A stretch of DNA of 49,204 nt from Pseudomonadota bacterium (GCA_043804515.1 JAZDIZ010000091.1:1-49204), one strand, 5' to 3'; numbered from the stretch's first letter, positions 28,539 to 39,068 are shown. Notes: a model not told the origin generated them from the letters alone. Numbers and translations are program-made.

Positions 28539-29657
28539 CTAAATCAGCGCGAAAAAGAGGACGGCGGCGCCGAGGGCGATGGCGAGCCACCAGAGCATCT
28601 TGGGCCGGGCCTGCGTCCACTTCACCCGCCGGGTGGGAAGCGCCTCCTCGGAGGGAGAGGAGATCCCCACGCCCGTGAGCGTGAGAACCGTGCGGAACAG
28701 GTCGAACACCCGATCCCGGTCCTTCAGCTCCACGGCGCGGCGGCCCACTTTCAGGTATGCGTTCAAGAGTTCCCGGAGGACTTCTTCCCGGGTCTCCTTC
28801 GGGTTCCTCAAGAACCTTCCGAGAACGGGTTCGTATTCGGCCAGGCCGCCCTGGGCCAGGCAAGATTCCGTGAATCGGACCACTTCATCCGCCGTTGTGA
28901 TCCGTTTCTTCCTATGGCACCCGAGCATCCTCAAACAGAGTTCGGAAAACGCCTTCGGAATCTCCGGCACGAGCGTCTCGGGCGGCGTCGGACTGCGGTT
29001 CAGGATGAGACGAAACGTCTCCCTTCGGCCCGTCCCTTTGAAAGGAAGCTCCCCCGTCATCATCTGGTAGAAGAGGATGCCCAGGCTGAAGACGTCCATT
29101 GCGGCCGCGGGCTTCTCTCCGCGGATTTGTTCGGGAGACATGTACGCGGGCGAGCCGATCCGCGTTCCGGGCATCGTGAGGTCCGTCCCTTCCCAAAGAT
29201 ACGCCAGGCCGAAATCCGAGATCTTGAGCGCCCCGTCCTCGCGGATCAGGATGTTTTCGGGTTTGAGATCTCGGTGCACGATCCCTTTCGAGTGCGCCAC
29301 CGCCGTGGCTTTGGCCAATTCGAGGAGGACCATGGCCGCCAGGTCCGGTTGGACTTCCCGTTCGCGGCTCAAAAATTGCGCCAGGTTTTGCCCTTTCACG
29401 TACTCCAGGATCGAATAGTGCTGGGCACCGTCCCCGCCGGAAAACCCCCGGATCCCCACGATTCCCGGGTGCTTCAGCGCCGAAAGGGCGTGGACCTCCC
29501 GCTCGAACCGGGCAATGTTGGCCGCGGAGGCCATGTGCGCGTGGAGCAGTTTCACGGCCACCGTTTCTTGCGTCTCCGTATCCACGGCCCGGTACACCGT
29601 GGACATGGCTCCCGCCCCGACGGTTTCGTGGAGCTCATACTTTCCGAGTTGGTTCAT
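28539..29657 (-). CDS. Hanks-type Ser/Thr protein kinase with C-terminal TM anchor
   Basis: GAGAMSTVY, VAVK, HRDLKPEN, DFG, YMSPEQ. Confidence 0.93.
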   Translation of the reverse strand: MNQLGKYELHETVGAGAMSTVYRAVDTETQETVAVKLLHAHMASAANIARFEREVHALSALKHPGIVGIRGFSGGDGAQHYSILEYVKGQNLAQFLSREREVQPDLAAMVLLELAKATAVAHSKGIVHRDLKPENILIREDGALKISDFGLAYLWEGTDLTMPGTRIGSPAYMSPEQIRGEKPAAAMDVFSLGILFYQMMTGELPFKGTGRRETFRLILNRSPTPPETLVPEIPKAFSELCLRMLGCHRKKRITTADEVVRFTESCLAQGGLAEYEPVLGRFLRNPKETREEVLRELLNAYLKVGRRAVELKDRDRVFDLFRTVLTLTGVGISSPSEEALPTRRVKWTQARPKMLWWLAIALGAAVLFFALI

Positions 29658-29704
29658 GAGCTGGCGCGCAGGTGAGTTTCGATGGTAACATCGCCATCAC
29701 TTCG

Positions 29705-31408
29705 ATGCGAGACTTGGCTCAGATCTTTCGATGCTTCGGTTTGGCGTTTTCCCTTTTGGTCCTTCCCGCGGGTTCGTTCGCGGGCACGGACCTTGGTGCG
29801 GGACGCTACGGGGACACTCTTTGGGTACACCATCCCCCCGATCCTGTAGTGGTCCGCAACGGCAATTTCTTCCTCCCCGTTCAGGATCTGTACCTTCCGT
29901 GTTTCGGGTTCCCCCTTGAGGTCTATCGGTCCTACAACTCCCTTTCGGACCGCGACGGTCCCTTCGGGAAAGGGTGGACGCTCAACTACGACCTTCAAAT
30001 CATCGTGGATGAGCAAACCGGGATGCGCGTCGCGGAGGCGGACGGGTTCGTCAACGAATTCACGGCCGTGGATCAGGACGAATCGGACCGGACCTCCCAG
30101 ATCTCCCGGATCGTGGACGCCAAAAAGCAGGAAGACGCCAAGTACACGGGCAAACCGGAAGGAAAAGGGGACGATTTCTACGCGACGTACCGGAGCCGGC
30201 TTACGACGGAGGAGGAATTCTTCAAACGCCAACGGGAGCGATATCTCCCGAAAGTCTCCAAGATCTCCAAATCCGGAAAGTACGTCTCCCGCAAACGCGG
30301 CACCACGTATATCGAGAAAACCCCGGCGGGATATGTCCGAACCACCGAGACCGGGCGAAGCGAGGAATACGATTCCGGAGGGCTTCTAAAGCGGATCGTG
30401 GACCGCAACGACAACGACCTGCGCCTGTCCTACGACCCGAGAAGCCGCCTGAGCCGAGTGGAGGACGGATGCGGGCAATGGCTTTTGTTCCAATACACGC
30501 CCAAGGGAAAGATCTCCGAGATTCGGGACTCTCTCGAGAGGAAACTTACGTACCAATACGACAAGGAAGACCGCATGACGGTTTCCGTCTCCCTTGCCAA
30601 CGAGAAAACCTCCTATCAGTACGATAAAAAGAACCAGATGACCGCCCTCGTGTTTTCGGACGGCGCGCGCACGGACATCACGTATGACCCAAAGGCCGGT
30701 TCCGTGACCAAGCAGGTCGGACCCGGGCAGAAGGTCACCAACTACCAGTACGGACACGACGGCGCCACGAAATGGGCGCTTGTGACCGACAACGAGGGGA
30801 CGAAAAACAAATACGAGTACAACGAACCGGAAAACAAGATTGTCTTCACCGATAAGGCCGGGAAAAAGGTCATCACAATCGTCACGGCCTGCTGCGGAAA
30901 GCCGCTTTCGATCAAGGACGAGAAAGGCGTCGGAGAGGAGTTCCGGTACGACGACAAGGGGGATCTGATCTCCAAAACGGACGCCCAAAAGCACATCACG
31001 ACGTACAAGTACGAGCCGCGTTTCGATCTCCCGTCGGAGATCAAGATGCACGACGGCACGGCGCTCCACTTCCGGTACGACAGCCGCGGGAATCTTACGT
31101 TCCTTTCGAGTTCCTCCGGTGAGCACGTCAAGATGACGTACGAAAAGCACGGCAAGATCCAGCGGATGTCGAACGACCGCGATCAGACGATCGTGTTCAC
31201 GTACAACCCCGCAGGAAAACCGACGCGCATCGAGAAGATGCAGAAAGAGACCCGCGTCGGCTCGATCGCGATTTCCTACGATCGCATGGGGGAGATCGGC
31301 AAGGTGGAGTACGAGCCGAAGAACGCCGAGGTGCTCCAGAATATCAAGGACACGCTGGCGTCGTTTCTTAGGTTCCTAAAACCTTCAGGAATCGACTTCG
31401 AGATCTAA
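29705..31408 (+). CDS. Secreted YD/RHS-repeat protein (DUF6531-like N-domain), no toxin tip
   Basis: Signal peptide; DPV..NGNF, RSYNS, FGKGW; many YD repeats; no PxxxxDPxG motif. Confidence 0.85.
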   Translation: MRDLAQIFRCFGLAFSLLVLPAGSFAGTDLGAGRYGDTLWVHHPPDPVVVRNGNFFLPVQDLYLPCFGFPLEVYRSYNSLSDRDGPFGKGWTLNYDLQIIVDEQTGMRVAEADGFVNEFTAVDQDESDRTSQISRIVDAKKQEDAKYTGKPEGKGDDFYATYRSRLTTEEEFFKRQRERYLPKVSKISKSGKYVSRKRGTTYIEKTPAGYVRTTETGRSEEYDSGGLLKRIVDRNDNDLRLSYDPRSRLSRVEDGCGQWLLFQYTPKGKISEIRDSLERKLTYQYDKEDRMTVSVSLANEKTSYQYDKKNQMTALVFSDGARTDITYDPKAGSVTKQVGPGQKVTNYQYGHDGATKWALVTDNEGTKNKYEYNEPENKIVFTDKAGKKVITIVTACCGKPLSIKDEKGVGEEFRYDDKGDLISKTDAQKHITTYKYEPRFDLPSEIKMHDGTALHFRYDSRGNLTFLSSSSGEHVKMTYEKHGKIQRMSNDRDQTIVFTYNPAGKPTRIEKMQKETRVGSIAISYDRMGEIGKVEYEPKNAEVLQNIKDTLASFLRFLKPSGIDFEI

Positions 31409-31410
31409 AA

Positions 31411-31525
31411 AATCCCGGCAGCAGGCAGTCCGGCAGTCGGTCTCAGTCCCGGTGAACGGGGATCCGAAAATCCTTCGTCCGCAGGGCCGGTTTCCGGAAT
31501 ACGGATTCCGGTCAACGGTGCTCGG
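31411..31525. repeat. Degenerate roughly 7-bp tandem repeat
   Basis: tttccgg aatacgg attccgg tcaacgg tgctcgg (31491-31525) plus looser units upstream. Confidence 0.55.
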
Positions 31526-31581
31526 TCGTAAACCGAGTCTTCTTTGTTGATCGCCACGCGTTCTTGGACCAATCTTCGCTA

Positions 31582-32496
31582 ATGATACCCCGCTTCTTCG
31601 CCTCATTGTTGATCATGACCTTCTCCACGATTCCCGCCGTCCGCTCTGAACCCCGGAAGCTGATATTCAATTCCTTTTTTAGCGCGGAGTTCATCTCCTG
31701 GGAGGACTGCTGCGAATTCGAAAACCACACGAAGGGCATCGAGACGGCCTTCAGCCTCAATTGCAAAAAGGAAAAGGCCTGCAATACGCGTTTTACCGAG
31801 CTTTCGGCGGCCGCGAAGAACGTGAAGAGATTTGTCCGTGACCATTTGAAGCCCGCATTCGTGCGGAAAGACGAATTCAAGAGCGGTTGGTTGGCGGCCC
31901 TGCTGGCCCGTGGCGTTTCCGACAAGATTCAGGGGAAACGCATCAAGGAGGCCGCTGTCTCCCTCTCACCGGATGACGACGTCCTCGTGTCGGTTCTCCT
32001 CACGACCGGAGTTCCGATCATGGTCTGGATCGATCCCACAGGGACAGTGCAATCGGCCTTCCTTCAGGAGATTCCCTTGGACATTTTTTGTGCCAACTAC
32101 ACGGTACAAAAGACCTTTCGTGCGAGCGGGTCGACGGAAAGATTAGAGATCGAGGTGGATCGAATCGACCACACCGGCGGTTGCGATACCGGCGACGAAA
32201 GGTTCGCCGATACCTATCGGTGGGATCTCAAGGCGGGGAGGGCCGTGCGTGTAAAGCACGCAAGGCTCGAGCACGAAACAGGCGAAAAGGGCTGCCTGGA
32301 GGGGGCGGTAAAGTGTGACGCCAACATCTTCACCTTCGACGCTGTTTCCGGCGCCCCGGATATTCACTGCAAGGAAGTAAAACCCTTTCAGCCCGGGTTG
32401 TCGGACGTTGATTATGACGAAGTGCTGAAAGCGAGGACCCGATGCGCCCGCCCTTTCAAGGAACGGCTCCGCGAACTCGAACTCAAGAATCCGTAA
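31582..32496 (+). CDS. Hypothetical Cys-rich secreted protein
   Basis: Signal-like N-terminus MIPRFFASLLIMTF; about 10 Cys. Confidence 0.65.
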   Translation: MIPRFFASLLIMTFSTIPAVRSEPRKLIFNSFFSAEFISWEDCCEFENHTKGIETAFSLNCKKEKACNTRFTELSAAAKNVKRFVRDHLKPAFVRKDEFKSGWLAALLARGVSDKIQGKRIKEAAVSLSPDDDVLVSVLLTTGVPIMVWIDPTGTVQSAFLQEIPLDIFCANYTVQKTFRASGSTERLEIEVDRIDHTGGCDTGDERFADTYRWDLKAGRAVRVKHARLEHETGEKGCLEGAVKCDANIFTFDAVSGAPDIHCKEVKPFQPGLSDVDYDEVLKARTRCARPFKERLRELELKNP

Positions 32497-32521
32497 AACC
32501 GCGCCGAAACAAATCGCTTGT

Positions 32522-32618
32522 GACCGGGAATCCGGCAGCGGGCATCTGTCCCAGTTATCTGAGATCGGGAATCCGTTATCCGGACACCGGAAAACAGCTT
32601 ACGGTCCCCGGATTCCGG
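32522..32618. repeat. Degenerate 7-bp tandem repeat (consensus near NATCCGG)
   Basis: gatcggg aatccgt tatccgg acaccgg aaaacag cttacgg tccccgg attccgg. Confidence 0.6.
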
Positions 32619-32662
32619 ATCACTTCTGTCATCTCCCAATCGGGACTTGGGTGATCGGGCGG

Positions 32663-33178
32663 TTATTCCGCAACCAAGGCGTCTACGCCCCCTCGAATGT
32701 TGGGTTTATAGAGCCGGCACCCGAACCCGCCTGCGGGGACGGATCTGATTTTGCTTGATCTCTTTCCATCCCATCCCGGCTTATCATCAAAGATCCTAAA
32801 GTTGGCCGGACTGATCGTGGCATACCAACACTCTACCCCGCTTTGACTGGTCTGATAGAGCGTCAAGAACTGGAGGGTTCCTTCAAACGTTCCAAATGTC
32901 GGAGGACTCTCAGCTAAAGATGCTTTGTTAAGATATACAACGATCGTCGTGGGGCACACTTCGGCGGGACCCCCGACCGTTCGACCCACGCGAAGGCCGC
33001 CCCAATTGAGCTTGGCTTCGCCCTTGAGCATGTCCACCCAACATTCCGCCTTGAGCTTTGAATTCTTTAGGGCGCTAAGAAGATCGTAATAACTCTGAGC
33101 CCGAGTCAACGTTGGCACAAGCAGAAGGTTCAGGCCGATCGTGAACAGAGCCAGTTTCGTTCGCATCGTCATAAGCAT
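32663..33178 (-). CDS. Small secreted four-Cys protein (likely paralogue of 39069-39497)
   Basis: Signal peptide; AECW, CPTTIVVYL, ECWY, FGC. Confidence 0.7.
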   Translation of the reverse strand: MLMTMRTKLALFTIGLNLLLVPTLTRAQSYYDLLSALKNSKLKAECWVDMLKGEAKLNWGGLRVGRTVGGPAEVCPTTIVVYLNKASLAESPPTFGTFEGTLQFLTLYQTSQSGVECWYATISPANFRIFDDKPGWDGKRSSKIRSVPAGGFGCRLYKPNIRGGVDALVAE

Positions 33179-33281
33179 CCCCTTGTTTCTTGATGTCCTT
33201 AATAGACGTGACGCGCCAAGTCAATGGTCGAGTTTGGGTCACAAACGCGAAATGGGTGACTGAATTTGCTAGAAGTGGGGC

Positions 33282-33785
33282 ATGGCTCGAGTTCTGATCG
33301 ACGGTTACAACCTCCTCCCCGTCACGGGCCTTTCCGGTCGCGACCGTCTGATCGCGCGCTTGGTCCGCTACCACCGCGAGAAGGGACATGCCGTCACGAT
33401 CGTGTTCGACGGCACACGTGGCGGTACCGGAACCGGAGACCTGCAACACGAAGCCGGCGTGGAAATCCTTTTCTCGCCCTTAACGGTCACGGCGGATGAT
33501 CTGATCGAACAGATCCTGGCCCGATCCGCCGCTGGCGTGTGGGTAGTCGTGAGCTCCGATCGCCGGATTCAATCGGCGGCCCGGCGCGCGCGTGCCTCAT
33601 TCCTCTCTTCCGAAGAATTTGCCCGCCGGATCGGGGACACCATAAAGACTCAGACTCTTTCCGATGAGTCCCCCTGGTTCGAAGGCCGTAGCGTTGAGCC
33701 GCCACGTCCGCAACCTAAGAAGGGGCCGTCCAAGAAGCTATCCAAAGAGGAGCGCCGGCGGCGAAAGGGAACAGAAAAGCTTTAG
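33282..33785 (+). CDS. YacP-like NYN domain protein (putative RNase)
   Basis: LIDGYNL, IVFDG, TADDLI, VVSSDR. Confidence 0.88.
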   Translation: MARVLIDGYNLLPVTGLSGRDRLIARLVRYHREKGHAVTIVFDGTRGGTGTGDLQHEAGVEILFSPLTVTADDLIEQILARSAAGVWVVVSSDRRIQSAARRARASFLSSEEFARRIGDTIKTQTLSDESPWFEGRSVEPPRPQPKKGPSKKLSKEERRRRKGTEKL

Positions 33786-33787
33786 GA

Positions 33788-33885
33788 AATTGGGGACACG
33801 TACCAATTAGGAAAATTCCGGCGATATTGAGCCCATTAACCAGTTGATTTCCTTGGACCTAGAAAATTCGTACGTGTCCCCATTT
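33788..33885. repeat. About 21-bp inverted repeat pair (MITE/REP-like)
   Basis: AATTGGGGACACGTACCAATT ... AATTCGTACGTGTCCCCATTT. Confidence 0.7.
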
Positions 33886-33930
33886 GGACCCGACGCGCGT
33901 TTCGGGATACGAAGGTTGTTCAGGGATCCA

Positions 33931-35064
33931 ATGACGCTCCGCCCCTCCCAGAACCGCCTTCTCTCGTTCGCTTTGACGTTGGGTGTCCTTTTATCCATCG
34001 GCGCCATGCTCACGCTGTCCGTGTGGGTCATCGGCCGCGTCCTTTTGTACTTTTCCTTCCTGCTTTGGCCGCTGGCGGCCGCCGTCATTCTGGCCGTGAT
34101 TTTCATGCCGGTGGTGGGCTTCTTCGAGCGAAGACTGAAGTTCTCGCGAACGAAGGCGATTTTTCTCCTATATGGGCTCTTATTGATTGTGGCCGTTGTA
34201 ATGGGATCACTTCTCATTCCCACGGTTCTCTCGGAGGCCGTCGGCCTTGCGGTCTCACTTCCCGATTTGGCCGTACGTGCTCTCACGTTCCTTCAATCCA
34301 AGATCGAAACCTGGGCACCCAAGGGAGCTTATTTTCTCCATGGCTTTTCGCTGACCGACCTGGCCCGAAAGCTTCAGCTCGACCTCACCCAAGCCTCCCA
34401 CCTGGCGCTGGCTGCATTCGGACAGCTCGCGGGCCACACGTTTGACGTTCTCTACGTCCTGTTCGGCGTTCTCTTGGTGCCGATCTATCTTTTCTATTTT
34501 CTGGGTTTTGACCTGGCCCCTGTGGCGCAGGAGACTCGCCTGAACCGCGCGTTCGCATTTCTTCCGAAGAATTACCGGGATCCGACGATCTTCCTGTTCC
34601 AGGAATTCATCGGCATCATGACTTCCTTTTTTCGCGGTCAAATCCTCGTCGGGTTGACCACGGGATCTCTCTTGGCCCTGGGGTTCATCATTGTGGGCCT
34701 CAAGTTCGGACTTTTGATCGGCCTTGCGATGGGCGTGGCCAACATCGTCCCATTCCTGGGAACGATTCTGGGCCTCGCCGTGGCGATTCCCACGGCCTTG
34801 TTCCAGGAGGACGGCGGGGTCGGCACGCTGGCTTTGGTTTTGGCCGTTTACGCGGCGGCCCAGCTCATCGAAGTCACGTTCACGACTCCAAGGATCATGG
34901 GAAAGAAGACGGGGCTCCACCCCATGGCCATCATTTTCTCGATTTTGTTCTGGGGAAAAGCCCTGGGCGGCGTTTTGGGAATGGTGATCGGAATCCCTCT
35001 TACGGCGTTTCTCGTCACGGCGTGGCGGCTGTTCGAGCGCACGTACGCCACTCCCAAAGAATAG
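33931..35064 (+). CDS. AI-2E family transporter
   Basis: Multi-TM; FRGQ, NIVPFLG, PRIMGKKTGLHP, GMVIGIPL. Confidence 0.92.
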   Translation: MTLRPSQNRLLSFALTLGVLLSIGAMLTLSVWVIGRVLLYFSFLLWPLAAAVILAVIFMPVVGFFERRLKFSRTKAIFLLYGLLLIVAVVMGSLLIPTVLSEAVGLAVSLPDLAVRALTFLQSKIETWAPKGAYFLHGFSLTDLARKLQLDLTQASHLALAAFGQLAGHTFDVLYVLFGVLLVPIYLFYFLGFDLAPVAQETRLNRAFAFLPKNYRDPTIFLFQEFIGIMTSFFRGQILVGLTTGSLLALGFIIVGLKFGLLIGLAMGVANIVPFLGTILGLAVAIPTALFQEDGGVGTLALVLAVYAAAQLIEVTFTTPRIMGKKTGLHPMAIIFSILFWGKALGGVLGMVIGIPLTAFLVTAWRLFERTYATPKE

Positions 35065-35221
35065 GGCGCGGGGACATGCTCGATCCTTTTCTCCTCAAAG
35101 CGTGGTAGGGGAAAGCGGGGGCCGGGGGCTCTCGAGCCGCGGATTGCGGGATTGACGGCTTGAATTAAAAGGAGCACTTCCAAGCGTTGGGGGTCGTATA
35201 CTGATTTCGACACGTCGTTTC

Positions 35222-36247
35222 TTGGCAGCCCTTCTGGGGCTCTCCCTGATTTTTTCGCCGGTTCCGCTCAACCCGTCTCCGGCACGTGCCCAGACGGCCG
35301 TCGCGGTTCCGGCCCTAACCGAGGGCGCGGAGTTCGGCCCTCTTGGGATTCTGGCCGCGATTTTTCTCGAATACGCTCTGTGCGCCGGCGATCCGACCAA
35401 GGCCGACCGGACGATTCTGGGTCAAATGCTCAAGGCGCGGAGGGATTGGGACCTCGGGACACAGGAAGAGGGACGGATGTTGGAAGCGGGATTCCGAGCC
35501 CGGGCCGCGCTGCAGAGAATCCGGCAGGAAGGAATTCCCCGCGTTTGTCCGGCGGTCCGTCTCTCGGTGGCCCAGGCCGAAATCGCGCTGAGGCTAGCGC
35601 TTCTCATGGACGGGGCGGGTATTTTGGAATCCCTCCGGGACGAGGCGACGTTCACGGCCGAGGCCGATCGGTTCGCCGCAGACCCGCTCTTCGTGGCGGG
35701 CTTGAATGATGTGGCCCTGCGCGCGCGAACCGCGTTCTACCAACCTCTCCGGAACGTCCGGCGGGACGTGAACTGGTCGAACCTCCGGTCCTGTCTGGGC
35801 GAACCCGGCGTGATCTGGCAAATGGCGACCCTCGGCCTCCTCGGCGTCGGGGGGACCATGCTCCTTCTGGGCGGCTTTTACTCCGCGAGGGCCGATTGGC
35901 TCGCCTTTCAATCCGGCCACAGGCCTGCGGGGAATTCGGGGAAGGGGGGCGGCGGTCTGACGGCCTGGTACATCTTCGGACCGCTCGGCTTGTTCGTGTC
36001 GGCGCCGTTCTTCGTCGCGATGAAGATCGGCTTGGAGGACTGCCTCCGTCAGGGGAAACTGGCATCCCGGATGACCACCAGCCATACCGGAATCACGATG
36101 TTTGGAACGTTGCTGTACATGCTGATCGGCGCGAGTGCCGTCAAGCTCGGAATGAAATTCTGGGAGCACGGGACGCAGGTCCGAAGGTCGCTTTCCGACG
36201 CGGCCAAGGCGGACAGCCTTGCGCGGCCTGGCACCGCTCAACACTAA
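35222..36247 (+). CDS. Hypothetical membrane protein
   Basis: Signal-like N-terminus and three C-terminal hydrophobic helices. Confidence 0.6.
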   Translation: MAALLGLSLIFSPVPLNPSPARAQTAVAVPALTEGAEFGPLGILAAIFLEYALCAGDPTKADRTILGQMLKARRDWDLGTQEEGRMLEAGFRARAALQRIRQEGIPRVCPAVRLSVAQAEIALRLALLMDGAGILESLRDEATFTAEADRFAADPLFVAGLNDVALRARTAFYQPLRNVRRDVNWSNLRSCLGEPGVIWQMATLGLLGVGGTMLLLGGFYSARADWLAFQSGHRPAGNSGKGGGGLTAWYIFGPLGLFVSAPFFVAMKIGLEDCLRQGKLASRMTTSHTGITMFGTLLYMLIGASAVKLGMKFWEHGTQVRRSLSDAAKADSLARPGTAQH

Positions 36248-36297
36248 TCCGGGTTTTTCCAGAAACCGAGGCACTACTGTCGTGTGGAATTGACAAG

Positions 36298-38883
36298 TCA
36301 GGCGCTGCGGAACGTGAATTCGCCCTTGTCGACATCCACGTCGATCGCGCTTCCTTCGCGGAGTTCGCCGTCCAGGATTTTGTCGGCCAGCCGGTCCTCC
36401 AGCTGCTTCTGGATCAACCTCTTGAGCGGCCGGGCGCCGAACAGCGGATCGTAGCCGATCTCTGCCAGCTTCCGCCGGGCCCGTTCAGTCAGCCGAAGCG
36501 TCAGGCCGTTGGCTACGAGACGTTTCGCAAGGCGCGTTATTTGAATATCCACGATTTTTTCGATCTCACTTCGGCCCAGACTGTTGAAAATTACAACATC
36601 GTCCACACGATTGAGGAACTCGGGCCTGAACGACTCGCGAAGCAGTTTGAGGATCTTTCCTTCCACGTCCTTCTTATCTTTCAGGTCGCTCTGAAGTAGC
36701 ATCTGGCTTCCCAAATTGGACGTCATGACCAGAACCGTGTTTCGAAAATCCACGGTTCTCCCCTGCCCGTCCGTCAACCGGCCGTCGTCCAGCACCTGCA
36801 GGAGAACGTTGAAAACGTCGGGATGGGCTTTTTCGATCTCGTCAAAGAGGATCACGGCATACGGCCTGCGCCGGACGGCTTCCGTGAGATACCCCCCTTC
36901 CTCGTACCCGACATATCCCGGCGGCGCGCCGATCATTCTGGCCACGGAATGTTTTTCCATGAATTCCGACATGTCCAGGCGAACCATGGCGTTTTCGTCG
37001 TTGAACAGGAACTGCGCCAACGCCCTGGCGGTTTCCGTCTTCCCCACGCCCGTCGGCCCCAGAAAGATGAACGATCCGATCGGCCGCGCCGGGTCGCTCA
37101 AGCCTGCGCGTGACCGACGTACGGCACTGGAAACCAGGCGGAGGGCTTCGTCCTGCCCCACCACTCGTTCCCGGAGCCGGTCCTCCATGTGCTTGAGCTT
37201 CGCTTTCTCGCTTTCCAGCATCCTGGAAACCGGAATTCCCGTCCAAAGCGAGACCACCTGCGCCACGTCTTCCTCTTCCACTTCCTCTTTGAGCATCTTG
37301 GAATGTTTTTGAAGCTCGGCGATCGCATGATTGTGTTTTTCGAGTTCCCTTTCGAGGCCGGGAAGCGTTCCGTACTTGAGCTCGGCGGCTTTTCCCAAGT
37401 CCCCGACTTTTTCGGCCGCTTCGATTTGATTCTTGACGCCGTCGATCTTGCTTTTGGTCTCGCGGATTTTGGCGATCGCCGTTTTTTCGTTTTGCCAGTG
37501 CGCCTTCAGGGCGTTTGCCTTTTCGTTTAATTCCGAGATTTCCCTCTCGACCGACTTCAGGCGCTCCTTAGAGGCTTTGTCGCTTTCCTTTTTGAGAGCT
37601 TCCCGCTCGATCTCCAGCTGAACGGTCTTGCGCTGGAGGTCGTCGATCACCTGGGGCACCGAGTCGCTTTCCATCCGCAAACGGCTGGCGGCTTCATCAA
37701 TGAGGTCGATCGCCTTGTCGGGAAGGAACCGATCCGTGATGTACCGGTTGGAGAGGGTTGCGGCGGCTACGAGGGCCGCATCCTGGATTCGGACGCCGTG
37801 GTGGAGTTCGTAGCGTTCTTTGAGGCCCCGCAGGATTGAGACCGTGTCCTCGACCGACGGCTCCCCCGTATAGATCGGCTGGAACCTGCGTTCCAACGCG
37901 GCATCCTTCTCGATGTATTTTTTGTATTCTTTCAGCGTCGTGGCGCCCACACAACGCAACTCGCCGCGGGCCAAGGCAGGTTTCAAGAGATTGGATGCGT
38001 CCACGGCCCCTTCGGCGGCTCCGGCGCCTACCAGCGTGTGGAGTTCGTCGATAAAGAGGACGATCTCGCCTTCCGCCCGAATGATCTCGTTGATCAGCGC
38101 TTTCAGGCGGTCTTCAAATTCCCCGCGGTACTTTGTCCCCGCGATCAGGGCGCCCAGGTCCAGCGCCACGACTCTTTTGTTTTTCAGCGTCTCGGGAACG
38201 TCGCCTGCCTCGATCCGCTGCGCCAGCCCCTCCACGATGGCCGTTTTCCCGACACCGGGCTCGCCGATCAGAACCGGATTGTTCTTGGTGCGCCGGGAGA
38301 GCACCTGGATCACCCGGCGGATTTCCGTATCCCGGCCGATCACCGGGTCCAGCTTTTTCCGGCGGGCCAGATCCGTCAGATCCCGGGCGTACCGTTTGAG
38401 CGCCTGATATTTTCCCTCCGGGTTCTGATCCGTCACCCGCTGGTTTCCGCGAACCTCCGCCAGCGCCGACAAGATCCGCTCTTTCGTAACGCCGTGGCGT
38501 GCGAGAATTGCGTGTGCCGCGTTGGCGTCCACGTCGGCCAACCCTGCCAGAAGATGCTCGGCCGACACATAGTCGTCCTTGAGACGGCCCGCTTCGTCGA
38601 AGGCGTGATCGATGATTTTCCGTGTCTTGTCGCTCAGCTGTTGCGCCGCCTGCGCCCCAGAGACCTGAGGGAGTTTCGAGATGGCTTGGTCGATTTCTTT
38701 GAGGAGCCCGTCGGGGTGCGCGCCGAGTTTCTCCAATATGGGCCGGGTAACTCCGTCCTCTTGGGAGAGAAGGCCCCACAGAAGATGCTCGGGGGCGAGT
38801 TCGGGGTTCTGACGCTGTTCCGCGTATTTCTGCGCGGACTCCAGCGCCTCCTGGCTTTTCAAAGTCAGTTTATCCAGCCGCAT
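36298..38883 (-). CDS. clpB: ATP-dependent chaperone ClpB
   Basis: Two AAA+ modules ([16 protein letters not shown]), KYRGEFE, long coiled-coil middle domain, GARPLKR. Confidence 0.97.
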   Translation of the reverse strand: MRLDKLTLKSQEALESAQKYAEQRQNPELAPEHLLWGLLSQEDGVTRPILEKLGAHPDGLLKEIDQAISKLPQVSGAQAAQQLSDKTRKIIDHAFDEAGRLKDDYVSAEHLLAGLADVDANAAHAILARHGVTKERILSALAEVRGNQRVTDQNPEGKYQALKRYARDLTDLARRKKLDPVIGRDTEIRRVIQVLSRRTKNNPVLIGEPGVGKTAIVEGLAQRIEAGDVPETLKNKRVVALDLGALIAGTKYRGEFEDRLKALINEIIRAEGEIVLFIDELHTLVGAGAAEGAVDASNLLKPALARGELRCVGATTLKEYKKYIEKDAALERRFQPIYTGEPSVEDTVSILRGLKERYELHHGVRIQDAALVAAATLSNRYITDRFLPDKAIDLIDEAASRLRMESDSVPQVIDDLQRKTVQLEIEREALKKESDKASKERLKSVEREISELNEKANALKAHWQNEKTAIAKIRETKSKIDGVKNQIEAAEKVGDLGKAAELKYGTLPGLERELEKHNHAIAELQKHSKMLKEEVEEEDVAQVVSLWTGIPVSRMLESEKAKLKHMEDRLRERVVGQDEALRLVSSAVRRSRAGLSDPARPIGSFIFLGPTGVGKTETARALAQFLFNDENAMVRLDMSEFMEKHSVARMIGAPPGYVGYEEGGYLTEAVRRRPYAVILFDEIEKAHPDVFNVLLQVLDDGRLTDGQGRTVDFRNTVLVMTSNLGSQMLLQSDLKDKKDVEGKILKLLRESFRPEFLNRVDDVVIFNSLGRSEIEKIVDIQITRLAKRLVANGLTLRLTERARRKLAEIGYDPLFGARPLKRLIQKQLEDRLADKILDGELREGSAIDVDVDKGEFTFRSA

Positions 38884-38890
38884 GCGTGTA

Positions 38891-38919
38891 AATAAAGGCC
38901 CCGTTCCGCCCGGTGTCAA
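38891..38919 (-). promoter_or_regulatory. Putative clpB promoter (leaderless geometry)
   Basis: TTGACA-17 nt-TTTATT, 7 nt before the ATG, no SD. Confidence 0.45.
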
Positions 38920-39068
38920 TACAACCGACCTTTGCCTTCAAGAACAGAGTCGTTTCCACGGACCCGGATCTCCCCTTAGACCTCGAAAGAGGAGCGCCGG
39001 CGCCGACAGGTACCCCAAATGCTCGCAGCTAGGAGTGTGTGGCCGAGAAGGACGGACCTAGAGAACCG

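Noticed and set aside
29705..32496. Rhs toxin-immunity pair
   Set aside because: No DPxG cleavage motif or toxin tip, and the downstream gene is separated by about 170 bp containing repeats.
31411..32618. CRISPR array interpretation of the repeat tracts
   Set aside because: Units are 7 bp with no spacers, and no cas genes are present.
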